From contig MHGF01000022.1 in assembly GCA_001805445.1 (NCBI GenBank), positions 74,613 through 138,612 on the forward strand: a stretch of DNA of 64,000 nucleotides. Direction: 5' to 3'. The translations under genes were made by a program, and so were the position numbers. How positions within the stretch are numbered: position 1 is the stretch's first letter; the number at the start of each line of letters is the position of its first letter. A model generated the notes under the pieces. The model made no database searches. It saw only the letters and a list, made by a program, of their open reading frames with translations, and was not told the origin of the DNA. This document shows positions 18,826 to 29,000 of this stretch, piece by piece. Source of the stretch: Omnitrophica WOR_2 bacterium GWF2_43_52 (GTDB lineage Bacteria; Omnitrophota; Gorgyraeia; Gygaellales; UBA12090).

Positions 18826-19797
18826 ATGATGGATTTACCGTTTATTCTAAATTTTCTTCTGATGTGCGCTAAGGCCGCGGGGCTGCTTGGTTTTGTCAGC
18901 ATATCGGTCATGTTTCTTATCTGGTGGGAACGTAAAATAAGCGCGCACATCCAATCCCGCTTAGGGCCAATGATTGTCGGCTGGCATGGCGCTCTTCAAA
19001 CTATCGCTGATACCCTAAAGCTGCTTCTTAAAGAAAACATCGTCTGTAGAGAAGCGGATAAACTCACTTTCTGGCTCGCGCCGCTGGTTGTCTTTGTGGC
19101 AAGCTTTCTTCCTTTTGTGGCTATCCCTTTTAGCAAAAATCTGATTGCGCAAGACTTACCTTTAGGGTTGCTCTATATTTTAGCGGTAAGCAGTGTCGGT
19201 GTCATCGGCATTTTTATGGCCGGATGGGGCTCCGGCAATAAATATTCTCTGCTTGGAGGGATGCGCACCGCGGCCCAAATCATCAGCTATGAAATCCCGC
19301 TTGTGCTTTCCATCCTTCCTATTGTGATGATGACCGGCTCTCTGAGCATGAATACAATTATCGGAGCCCAGAAAAATGTATGGTTTATCTGTTACCAACC
19401 CATCGCGTTTTTGATATATTTTATATCGGCGATTGCCGAGGTGAACCGCGCGCCTTTTGATATTGCCGAGGCCGAGTCGGAATTAGTCGCCGGATTTCAT
19501 ACGGAATATAGCGGAATGAAGTTTTCCATGTTCTTCTTGGCCGAATATACCAATATGTTTGTAGTGTCGGTTATCGCCACCACCCTCTTTTTAGGAGGAT
19601 GGCAAGGGCCATTATTACCGGGAATCGCCTGGTTTTTATTAAAAGTTTACTTCCTGATTTTTGTGATGATGTGGATACGCTGGACATTCCCGCGGCTGCG
19701 CGTAGACCAGCTGATGGATTTCGCTTGGAAATTCCTTATGCCTTTGGCATTTTTGAATATATTGGTTACCGCGCTGGTAATGGCGCTCATAAAATAA
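18826..19797 (+). CDS. nuoH: NADH-quinone oxidoreductase subunit H
   Basis: ERK...RLGP, QIISYE, NRAPFD.AEAESELVAG, PRLRVDQ. Confidence 0.97.
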   Translation: MMDLPFILNFLLMCAKAAGLLGFVSISVMFLIWWERKISAHIQSRLGPMIVGWHGALQTIADTLKLLLKENIVCREADKLTFWLAPLVVFVASFLPFVAIPFSKNLIAQDLPLGLLYILAVSSVGVIGIFMAGWGSGNKYSLLGGMRTAAQIISYEIPLVLSILPIVMMTGSLSMNTIIGAQKNVWFICYQPIAFLIYFISAIAEVNRAPFDIAEAESELVAGFHTEYSGMKFSMFFLAEYTNMFVVSVIATTLFLGGWQGPLLPGIAWFLLKVYFLIFVMMWIRWTFPRLRVDQLMDFAWKFLMPLAFLNILVTALVMALIK

Positions 19798-19799
19798 CG

Positions 19800-20207
19800 A
19801 TGAAAGAATTTTTTGAGTATACGGCAAGTTTAATCAAAGGCTTAGGCGTAACGCTTAAATATCTCTGCAGGCCCGCGGTTACTTTGCAATACCCCAAACA
19901 AAGATGGACCCCGCCTGAACGCTACAGGGGGAGGGTCGCGCTTCGCCCTAAAAAATGCATCTCCTGCCAGATGTGCGCGCGGGCGTGCCCTAACAATTGT
20001 TTAGAAGTTAAATTTAACGTAGGCGACGATAAAAAAAGGAAACTTACCGAATTTGTGTATCATATAGACACCTGTTTATTCTGCGGGCTTTGCGCTGAAC
20101 CCTGCCCGACGTCCGCGATATTTATGAACCATGATTACGAGCTCGCGGTTTGTGACCGTAAGGATTTGATTGTAGACTTGGTAAAGGTTGATAGTTATGT
20201 GGAGTAA
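19800..20207 (+). CDS. nuoI: NADH-quinone oxidoreductase subunit I
   Basis: VTLQYP and two CxxCxxCxxxCP motifs; start reassigned to ATG 19800. Confidence 0.95.
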   Translation: MKEFFEYTASLIKGLGVTLKYLCRPAVTLQYPKQRWTPPERYRGRVALRPKKCISCQMCARACPNNCLEVKFNVGDDKKRKLTEFVYHIDTCLFCGLCAEPCPTSAIFMNHDYELAVCDRKDLIVDLVKVDSYVE

Positions 20208-20697
20208 TTATATCGCAACAAGCCTTTTTTATGGCATTGCCGGGGTTATCGTTATCTTTTCAATTCTGAGCGTTACCCTGAAAAATATATTCTACAGCGC
20301 TTTGTCGTTGATCGTGGCTTTACTGGGAATTGCCGCGATATATATTTACTTAAACGCCGAATTTTTAGCGTTAATACAAATCTTGATTTATATCGGGGCA
20401 ATTATGACCCTGATTATCTTCGGCATCATGCTTACGCTTAAGATTTCGGATAAAACCCTGCAACAACATAATAAACAGCAAGGCCTTTCTTTCCTGGTTT
20501 CCGGAGCCCTTGCCGCGATACTGATTTTAATTTTTATCCGCTTCAAGACTACGGAGGCTGTTTCTCTCAAGGCTGTTTCGCTTGCGGATATCGGCAAAGA
20601 GCTCTTAACCACCTACGCCCTGCCGTTTGAGGTAATTTCTATTATATTACTTGCGGCACTGATTGGGGCGGTAGTAATTAGCAGTAAGGATATGTAA
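20188..20697 (+). CDS. nuoJ: NADH-quinone oxidoreductase subunit J
   Basis: AEFLALIQILIYIGAI, LPFEVIS. Confidence 0.95.
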   Translation: MIVMWSNYIATSLFYGIAGVIVIFSILSVTLKNIFYSALSLIVALLGIAAIYIYLNAEFLALIQILIYIGAIMTLIIFGIMLTLKISDKTLQQHNKQQGLSFLVSGALAAILILIFIRFKTTEAVSLKAVSLADIGKELLTTYALPFEVISIILLAALIGAVVISSKDM

Positions 20698-20731
20698 TGC
20701 CAGGCATACTACTTGTGTATGCCTGGCATTA
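20695..20731. repeat. Hairpin element AATGCCAGGCATA, short-loop copy
   Basis: taatgccaggcatac-tacttgt-gtatgcctggcatta, between nuoJ and nuoK. Confidence 0.85.
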
Positions 20732-20744
20732 AGAAAATTATAAG

Positions 20745-21053
20745 ATGATACCTTTACACCATTATTTAATTTTATCGGCACTGCTTTTTTGTATCGGGCT
20801 TTACGGCGTCTTTACCAGAAGAAGCGCCATCGGCATCCTTCTGTCTCTTGAAATCATGCTCAATGCCGCGAATATTAACTTTGTGGCATTCTCTAAATTT
20901 GTAACACCGGATAACCCTATTGGGCAGATTTTTGTCATTTTTACCATCGGCGTCTCTGCCGCTGCCGCGGTAGTGGGCCTGGCAATTATCGTAGCGATAT
21001 ACCGTAACTATAAAACAATTTTTGTTGATGAAATAAACATAATGAAATGGTAA
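20745..21053 (+). CDS. nuoK: NADH-quinone oxidoreductase subunit K
   Basis: LEIMLNAANINFV, VGLAI. Confidence 0.95.
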   Translation: MIPLHHYLILSALLFCIGLYGVFTRRSAIGILLSLEIMLNAANINFVAFSKFVTPDNPIGQIFVIFTIGVSAAAAVVGLAIIVAIYRNYKTIFVDEINIMKW

Positions 21054-22960
21054 ACGCCGCCTATTCTCTCGCCCTGCTTCCTGTTGTGGGTTTTATAGTA
21101 AATATCTTCTTTGGCAGTAAGCTCAAACTCAAGGGAGCGTTATTTTCTATTGCCTGCATTGCCGGCTCCTTTCTTTGTGCCTGCCTTTTGCTACGGCATG
21201 TTATCGCCGGAAATAGTATCGAACAAAGCGCCACGTGGTTTACCTGCGGAAAATACTCTTTTAGCGCAGGTCTTGTCATTGACCAGCTCACGGCAATAAT
21301 GCTTATTGTCGTCACCCTGGTAAGCCTGCTGGTACAGATTTATTCCATAGGGTATTTGCACGGGGAAAAGAATTCAACCCGCTTTTTTGCCTTTATATCG
21401 CTATTTACCTTTTCCATGCTGGGGCTGGTTTTGGCAGACAATTTAATATTGGTCTACGTCTTCTGGGAATTAGTAGGGCTTTGCTCATACCTGCTTATCA
21501 GCTATTGGTATAATAAACCATCCGCCGCTCTTGCCGGGAAAAAGGCTTTTATTACCAATAGAATAGGCGACGCGGGCTTCTTCTTGGGTATCGCGACCCT
21601 GTTTTATTATTTAGGCACAGCCAATTTCCGTGAAATCGCCGAAAAGCTGCATCACGGCGGCTTTGACCCCCATATCATAACCATTGCCGGCATACTCTTA
21701 TTTTGCGGGGCAATCGGAAAATCAGCGCAATTTCCTTTACACGTATGGCTTCCTGATGCCATGGAAGGGCCTACTCCGGCAAGCGCGCTTATTCACGCGG
21801 CGACCATGGTTGCCGCCGGGGTGTATCTTACCGTGCGAAGTTATAGTGTTTTTTCCGCCGGGAATTTTTCCCTGCAGTTTGTTTCATATATAGGGATCAT
21901 TACCTCGCTCTTAGCCGCCTCAATTGCCCTTGTGCAAAATGATATCAAGAAAATTCTGGCCTACTCTACTATCAGCCAGTTAGGCTTAATGATGGTGGCA
22001 TTAGGAGTTGGCGGGTATACCGCGGGGGTATTTCATTTAATGACCCATGCTTTTTTTAAGGCGCTTTTGTTTTTATGCGCGGGCGCGGTAATTCATAATA
22101 CCGGCGTCCAGGATATCCGTCAGATGGGCGGGCTATTCGGGAAAATGAAAATTACCGCCAGCACCTGTTTCATTGCCTGCCTTGCGATTGCGGGAGTGCC
22201 TCCTTTTAGCGGATTCTGGAGCAAGGATGAAATCCTGCTGGCTGCGTTTAATCATAACAAGGTACTCTACGGGTTATCCTCACTGGTTGCCTTTATGACC
22301 GCCTTTTATATGTTTCGGCTTTATATCCTGACCTTTACAGGCAAACCCCGCGACCCCCATCTTCATCCCCATGAATCGCCGAAAGTAATGACCTGGCCAT
22401 TGATAATTCTTGCGTCATTAAGCGCGGTAAGCGGCCTTATCGGCTCACCGCTTACGAATCACTGGTTTTCGCATTTTATTTATTTTCATCCCGAGCATCA
22501 TATTGAAGTTAATTATTTGGTGATGTATTCATCTATCGCGGTGGGATTGTTGGGTATAGCCATGGCCTGGCTATTTTATAAAGCCTGCCCGAACATCCCC
22601 AAAGCCTTGGCGGAAAATTATAAACCGATATACAATTTACTTCTTAACAAATACTATATTGATGAAATTTATGATACAGTTATTGTCCGGCCGTTTTTGG
22701 CTTTGACACGGTTTTCCTTCTCCTTTGACTCCAAGATAATCGACGGCTCGGTCAATGGGACAGCAACGGTTACTATCTGGATAAGCACTATAAAGGCCTG
22801 GATCGATAAATATATTGTTGACGGCTTAGTAAACCTGACGGCATCTATGGTAGGCGCTATAGGGATAGTCTTAAGACGCCTGCAGAGCGGTTTTATCCAG
22901 AATTATATTCTTTTGATTTTCACCAGTGTCATAATTATTGTTTTATTGAAATTGATTTAA
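21047..22960 (+). CDS. nuoL: NADH-quinone oxidoreductase subunit L
   Basis: GKSAQFPLHVWLPDAMEGPTP, HAFFKALLF. Confidence 0.97.
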   Translation: MVNAAYSLALLPVVGFIVNIFFGSKLKLKGALFSIACIAGSFLCACLLLRHVIAGNSIEQSATWFTCGKYSFSAGLVIDQLTAIMLIVVTLVSLLVQIYSIGYLHGEKNSTRFFAFISLFTFSMLGLVLADNLILVYVFWELVGLCSYLLISYWYNKPSAALAGKKAFITNRIGDAGFFLGIATLFYYLGTANFREIAEKLHHGGFDPHIITIAGILLFCGAIGKSAQFPLHVWLPDAMEGPTPASALIHAATMVAAGVYLTVRSYSVFSAGNFSLQFVSYIGIITSLLAASIALVQNDIKKILAYSTISQLGLMMVALGVGGYTAGVFHLMTHAFFKALLFLCAGAVIHNTGVQDIRQMGGLFGKMKITASTCFIACLAIAGVPPFSGFWSKDEILLAAFNHNKVLYGLSSLVAFMTAFYMFRLYILTFTGKPRDPHLHPHESPKVMTWPLIILASLSAVSGLIGSPLTNHWFSHFIYFHPEHHIEVNYLVMYSSIAVGLLGIAMAWLFYKACPNIPKALAENYKPIYNLLLNKYYIDEIYDTVIVRPFLALTRFSFSFDSKIIDGSVNGTATVTIWISTIKAWIDKYIVDGLVNLTASMVGAIGIVLRRLQSGFIQNYILLIFTSVIIIVLLKLI

Positions 22961-23080
22961 TTACACACGAATTAACACGAATCAAAGGCCGAATTAGCAC
23001 GAATAAAAACCGTAGTTTTTCCCACACACAGGGAAATTCGTGTGTAATTTGTTTAAATTCGTGTTTACAGGAGGGAAATT

Positions 23081-24559
23081 ATGTTTGGTTTACCACTTTT
23101 AAGTTTAATAATATTCTTGCCGGTACTAGGCATATTGATTTTATTCTTTATTCCTAAAGCGCAAACCTCAACCATCCGGGGTGTAAGTGTCGCCACCACG
23201 CTGGTTACCTTTTTGCTTTCTCTTCTTATTTTGGCTCATTTTAATACCGCTCAACCGGGCTTTCAATTAGAAGAGAAATTAAGCTGGATACCGCAGGTGA
23301 ATATCAATTACCATGTAGGTGTTGACGGGCTAAGTTATTCAATGATATTCCTCACTGCCCTATTATGCTTCTTGGCCTGCTTTGCCTCATTCTCCATCAA
23401 AGATAGAATCAAGGAATATTTCATATTCTATCTTATGCTTGAAGTAGGGATGATAGGGACATTTTTGGCGTTAGACTTATTCCTCTTCTATGTCTTCTGG
23501 GAAATTACCCTGGTCCCTATGTATTTCTTAATTGGCATCTGGGGGGGTTCACGCAAAGAATACGCGGCAATCAAATTCTTCCTTTACACTCTTGCGGGAA
23601 GCGTCTTCATGCTCCTCGGTATCCTGGCACTATATTTTAACTCTGCTCCTCATACCTTTAGCATTGTTGAGCTTATCGCCCAAAACAGCCTTTTCCCGCG
23701 ATTATTTCAAAACATTATTTTTGCCGCGCTCTTTTTTGGTTTTGCCATTAAGGTACCGGTTTTCCCGTTTCACACCTGGCTTCCCGATGCCCACGTAGAA
23801 GCCCCCACACCCGCAAGCGTCTTGCTTGCCGGTGTTTTATTAAAGATGGGCGGATACGGGTTTTTCAGGATAAGCTATCCCATACTCCCAGAGGCGGCAA
23901 AATTCTTTGCCCCGGCCATAGCGCTTTTAGCGCTTATCGGTATTGTCTACGGGGCTTTTGTGGCGATGGCACAAACTGATTTTAAGAAAATGGTCGCCTA
24001 TTCCAGCGTCAGCCATATGGGTTTTGTGATGCTGGGATTGGCGTCTTTAAACCCAATCGGTTTTAGCGGAGCGTATTTGCAGATGTTCAATCACGGTATT
24101 ATCACGGGGGCAATGTTCTTATTAGTCGGGGTATTATATGACCGGGCGCATACCCGCGACTTAAATGCCTTTGGGGGTCTGCGCGAAGTTGTACCTGTTT
24201 TCTCAGGCATGCTCATCTTTTTTTCCCTGGCTTCTTTGGGGCTTCCCGGCTTAAGCGGTTTTGTGAGCGAATTCCTGTCGTTACTCGGCGGCTTTAAGGC
24301 ATTTCGCCTCTTTACCATTATCTCGGTTACGGGTATTATCGTAACCGCGGGCTATATTCTTTTTATGATTCAGCGCATCCTCTTAGGGCCGCTTAATCCC
24401 AAATGGAAATCGCTTGCTGAAATTAACACGCGGGAAATCTTAACCCTTGTGCCTTTACTTATTCTAACCTTGGCGTTAGGGGTGTATCCTAAATTGATAC
24501 TGGATATACTTAATCCCGGGTTAAACCTGATCTTAAAAGCTATCGGGGTGGCGAATTGA
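23081..24559 (+). CDS. nuoM: NADH-quinone oxidoreductase subunit M
   Basis: FHTWLPDAHVEAP, AYSSVSHMG. Confidence 0.97.
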   Translation: MFGLPLLSLIIFLPVLGILILFFIPKAQTSTIRGVSVATTLVTFLLSLLILAHFNTAQPGFQLEEKLSWIPQVNINYHVGVDGLSYSMIFLTALLCFLACFASFSIKDRIKEYFIFYLMLEVGMIGTFLALDLFLFYVFWEITLVPMYFLIGIWGGSRKEYAAIKFFLYTLAGSVFMLLGILALYFNSAPHTFSIVELIAQNSLFPRLFQNIIFAALFFGFAIKVPVFPFHTWLPDAHVEAPTPASVLLAGVLLKMGGYGFFRISYPILPEAAKFFAPAIALLALIGIVYGAFVAMAQTDFKKMVAYSSVSHMGFVMLGLASLNPIGFSGAYLQMFNHGIITGAMFLLVGVLYDRAHTRDLNAFGGLREVVPVFSGMLIFFSLASLGLPGLSGFVSEFLSLLGGFKAFRLFTIISVTGIIVTAGYILFMIQRILLGPLNPKWKSLAEINTREILTLVPLLILTLALGVYPKLILDILNPGLNLILKAIGVAN

Positions 24560-25998
24560 ATGTAGCGCCTTTTATAGCTGATATAAAATATATCCTTCCG
24601 GAAATAATCTTAACTATTGCCGCGCTGGTAATACTTATCTTTAGCGTGCTGATTAAAAATAAGCGCGCGCTTGCCTATTTCTCCCTGGCTTCCCTTGGCA
24701 TTACTTTATTGTATGTAAGCAAAACACCCGTTATTACGACAAGCTTATTTTCGGGGATGTTAGTAAACGACTCCTTTGCCGCTTTTTTTAAGATAATTTC
24801 TATCATCATTGCCTTAGCGGTAATCCTGATTTCCCTAGAGTATAAGGAAATTTCACCCAACTATCGGGGAGAATTCTACTGTTTTATCCTCTTAGCCACG
24901 ACCGCTATTATGTTTATGGGGGCAGCCTCAAATTTACTGATGATATATCTGGGAGTTGAGTTTTTAAGCCTTATTTCATACATTATCGCCGCCTACTGGA
25001 GGGGCAATGTAAAATCAAGCGAAAGCGGGCTGAAATACTTTCTTATCGGCACAGCCTGCTCTATTACCATGCTCTATGGCATCTCGCTTCTCTACGGCTT
25101 AACCGGAAGCTTAGATTTAGAGCAAATCAATGCTATCCTTTATGGCAACACCTCGCAGCCGGCCGCGATTTCTATCATCATTCTGACTATCCTTATCGGC
25201 CTTGGGTTTAAGATTGCCATGGTGCCGGTGCATTTCTGGTGCCCGGATGTCTATGAAGGAGCGCCCACTCCGGTAACCGCCTTCTTTTCCGTAGGCCCCA
25301 AAATCGCGGGGTTCGCGGTATTATTACGGTTTCTCCTGACAGGAAGCATATTCTTCTATGAACACTGGGCGCATCTTTTGGGGATACTTGCCATTATCAC
25401 GATGGTTGTGGGAAATCTTACCGCGCTTTCCCAAACTAATATCAAAAGGCTTTTAGCCTATTCTTCCATTGCCCATGCCGGATATGCCTTAATAGGTTTG
25501 GTAATTGGCACACACATAGGGCAGGTAAGCCTTTTTGTGTATTTACTTACCTACACAGTGATGAACTTAGGCGCCTTCGCGGTAGTTATCGCGGTTTCTA
25601 ATAAAATAAAGAGCGATGAAATAAAAGATTATGCCGGGCTTTCTTTACATTCGCCATATTTAGCCGCGGCTCTTGCGGTTTTTTTGCTTTCTTTGGCAGG
25701 CATTCCGCCTCTGGCGGGATTTATCGGGAAGTTTTATATCTTTAGCGCAGCAATTGAGGAAGGATTTATCACTCTGGCAATTGCCGCGGTAATCAACAGC
25801 GTCATAGCCGCCTATTATTATTTTATCGTCATAAAAACAATGTATCTGGAAAAACCGCAGGCAAAGATAGAAATCAAACCAGCCCCATCTCTTAATTTTG
25901 CCTTAATTATCGCCCTTATTCTTACCCTCGCCATCGGCATTTACCCACAACCCATCTTAGATTTTGTAATCCACACCTCAAGCATATTCATTCCATAA
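24556..25998 (+). CDS. nuoN: NADH-quinone oxidoreductase subunit N
   Basis: PDVYEGAPTP, KRLLAYSSIAHAGY, GIPPLAGF. Confidence 0.97.
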   Translation: MNVAPFIADIKYILPEIILTIAALVILIFSVLIKNKRALAYFSLASLGITLLYVSKTPVITTSLFSGMLVNDSFAAFFKIISIIIALAVILISLEYKEISPNYRGEFYCFILLATTAIMFMGAASNLLMIYLGVEFLSLISYIIAAYWRGNVKSSESGLKYFLIGTACSITMLYGISLLYGLTGSLDLEQINAILYGNTSQPAAISIIILTILIGLGFKIAMVPVHFWCPDVYEGAPTPVTAFFSVGPKIAGFAVLLRFLLTGSIFFYEHWAHLLGILAIITMVVGNLTALSQTNIKRLLAYSSIAHAGYALIGLVIGTHIGQVSLFVYLLTYTVMNLGAFAVVIAVSNKIKSDEIKDYAGLSLHSPYLAAALAVFLLSLAGIPPLAGFIGKFYIFSAAIEEGFITLAIAAVINSVIAAYYYFIVIKTMYLEKPQAKIEIKPAPSLNFALIIALILTLAIGIYPQPILDFVIHTSSIFIP

Positions 25999-26061
25999 AT
26001 AGTCGATAGTCAATAGTCTATAGCCGATAGCACAAGGCAACAAAGTAGCGCCTTTCAACAA

Positions 26062-29000
26062 TCAGTTATGAGGGTTCACTACTATTCGGCTTAAGGCAAG
26101 CTGTACTTCTTGGGCAGGATTATCTGACTCAAGCGCGATAAGGATTTGTTTTAAGGCGGGCTCGGTGGGAATAAACTTTTGCTCCTGCGCGCGTAAAATT
26201 TCGGCGATATGGGTAATGACAACTTCTATCTGCTCACTGCTTACCGCTGACGATTGGCTTGCCGTATAGGCCATATCGCGTATGCGCGCGGTTGCGGGGA
26301 TAAAATCATTCTTGAGCATCACTTCAATCTGCCGGCACTCCTCGTCAAAATTAATATTCAGGCTTATGGGCGCAGAACCAAACATAGAAAGTTGATTCCC
26401 TAGAGCTGGCTGCGCGGTTATAGGCAATGCGCGTAAGTCTATACCTCCCACATCATGAACTTTTTCATTAAGGGGCGAGGAATTCGCTATTGCGGCGATA
26501 CCGCCATGATCTGCTAAATATGTTAAAAGCCCTTTATAATTTGTAAACTTATTTTCTTTAACAATTCTCGCAATATTTTCTATGGGCAAAGCTTCTAAAA
26601 TGCTAAAGAGTGTTTGCCTCGTGCCGCCAATTTCCTTTAACAAAGGAATAATCGTATCCGGATTCTTCGCGCGGGCAAACATATCCAGGAAATTCTCAGG
26701 GATATTATGAATATTTTGTTTTGGTTTTTTTAAATAATTAGACACTATTTCTCTGATTGTTTTGCTCTCCACTTCACTCATTTCATCTACAATTCTCTTT
26801 ATCTCTTCCCTTGATTTATCATCAACGGTCATGTCAGGGAATTCCAACATCAAGCGTACACACCTAAATATAGTATCTAACTTTAATAAACGATTTGTTC
26901 CATGGCGCGACACGGCAGGAATAAGGCTAAGGCGTTTTTGTATAATATCTTCGGCATAATCTCCTCCCGCGCTACTTGTAACTACCCAACCGCTCGTATC
27001 CTTATGAACGATAAGCCTGTTAAGGGAAAAATCACGCAAAATATCTACTTTGGCATATAGTTCATCTTCGTAAAGGAATAATTCTTCAGAATCAGGGTCC
27101 TTACCAAGGTTAAGGACATGCAAAGGGGTATCTTTAAATTTTATCCTTGTCATATCCTCTATAAAATAAATAATCTCACTTACCGATCGCACTTTGCTCT
27201 TATCATAACCCCTAATAACAATATCAATATCTGCCGCTCTCAAAGACGGCTTTATCCCTGTAACCATTTTCCGCGCTATCCCTCCCGCAAACCCAAAGTA
27301 TACTCCTTTTTTTTCTAACTCGTTTGTAATATATAAGATATCCTCGTCCACGGCTATATTAATTCCTCGGTTTTCTTTTCTTTCTGAATCTTCCAGCCGT
27401 GCAAGTTGAAATGATTTTCCATCTACCTCCACCACCGAGCTGGCAGCTGATATTGAAACACATCCTCCTACATAACTTTGCTCTGGCCGTGTATGAAAGC
27501 CATATTTTTTTAATTGAGCTATATCGCCATCTGGCAAATGCCCTATGAATTCCTTTGACTGATAACCTCCTAAAATAATCTTGTCAATTCTAATGTTACG
27601 ATCTTTAATCATGTTTAATATAAGGCCAACGCTGGTCAAGTTAGTTACCGGCCCATAATCACCAGGCCAAGTTCCGATGTTGCTTATTAAGACAATGCTA
27701 TCTTTTATCTCAGGGATTTTTGGCATAAGTGTATCTTTATTCGTCAAATCTCCGGCAATACACCAAAAATGCACACCTTCCCTAAACTTGTTAGCCTCAA
27801 AATGTTGCCTTGCTTTGTTCAAAGAGGCTTCATCATTATCTATAAGTATGGCCTGGGAAGCCCCCAGCTTAAGCGCCGTCAAAGCAAGCAGTCCGTCTCC
27901 GGATCCGGAATCAATAACACACTTTCCTGCGATATTGCTATTCAGCATTAAAAGTATAGTCGCAGAAGTGAAAAGCTTCATCCTGCCGCCTTTTTCCTCC
28001 GATTCACCAATCGTGGAGTCAGATAAATCCGATACAACAATAGCTCTTTCTTTCAAGGCAGCGCGTAACTCCAAATCTTTCTCTAAATCCTCATACACTT
28101 CCTTGTCTATAAAAAACAAACCTCCGATCTTAACCAAATCATATCCTTGATGATTATCTTTGACTCTTACCAATAAAGTTGCCTGCTCTATTCCATTGTA
28201 AGTTACACTATCATCAATTTCCCTTTGAGCATGAATGTAATACTTTCTCTCCCCGCCAACCCCTTTAATTGCTTTCAATTCTTTCTCTATGCGCTGCCAA
28301 AGCTGTTTTTCTAAATTCGTAAGATACTTTATCGGGTAAGCATATGCGTCATTCATTATTTCTGGCATATCTTTTTTTGCTGGTATCATTGTAGTCACAG
28401 CCGAACTACTCATAAATCCTTCTATTCCTCCGCTCAGATACCTACGAATATTTTGGCCATAAGGGGTATAGACTGGTTCTGTAATATTATATTCGCCATC
28501 TTGGAATGATTTCTGGTATTGTTTAAAGTATTCTTCTTTATCATAAGGCTCTTTTGAAGTGAGGTTAGTCAAGTCTCTTGAATCAATAAGCTTACTATAG
28601 GGGTTATCCGGTTTACCGGTAAGCGAGTTAACCGGTTTACTGGCTAACCCGTTCACCGGCACACTAAATTTATTCTTAAACCACTGCGCCAATATAAGCG
28701 AGTAATACACTTGCCTAAGAGAAGCATATCTCTTTGAGGTATTCACCTGATAGGTGAGCTTAGGGATTATCAATTCTCTGATAAGCTGGGTTGAGTATTC
28801 ATTGAGCTCCTTTAGCCTGGGGTCTTTGAAATTGTATTGCTGCTGGCTGACAGCTGAAAGCTGAAAGCTTTTCAGATAGTCTTCTTCAAGCATCACTTTT
28901 AGCGTTGCCTTGTAGATATAAGCATTATCTGGGGATTCCCTGATGATGATTTCATTGGGCACGATCCAAGGACGGGTTAAGGTAGGTATAGTAATATTCT

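Noticed and set aside
22960-23070. CRISPR array from the CACGAAT clusters
   Set aside because: Units are about 10 nt and degenerate, there are no unique spacers of regular size, and no cas genes are present.
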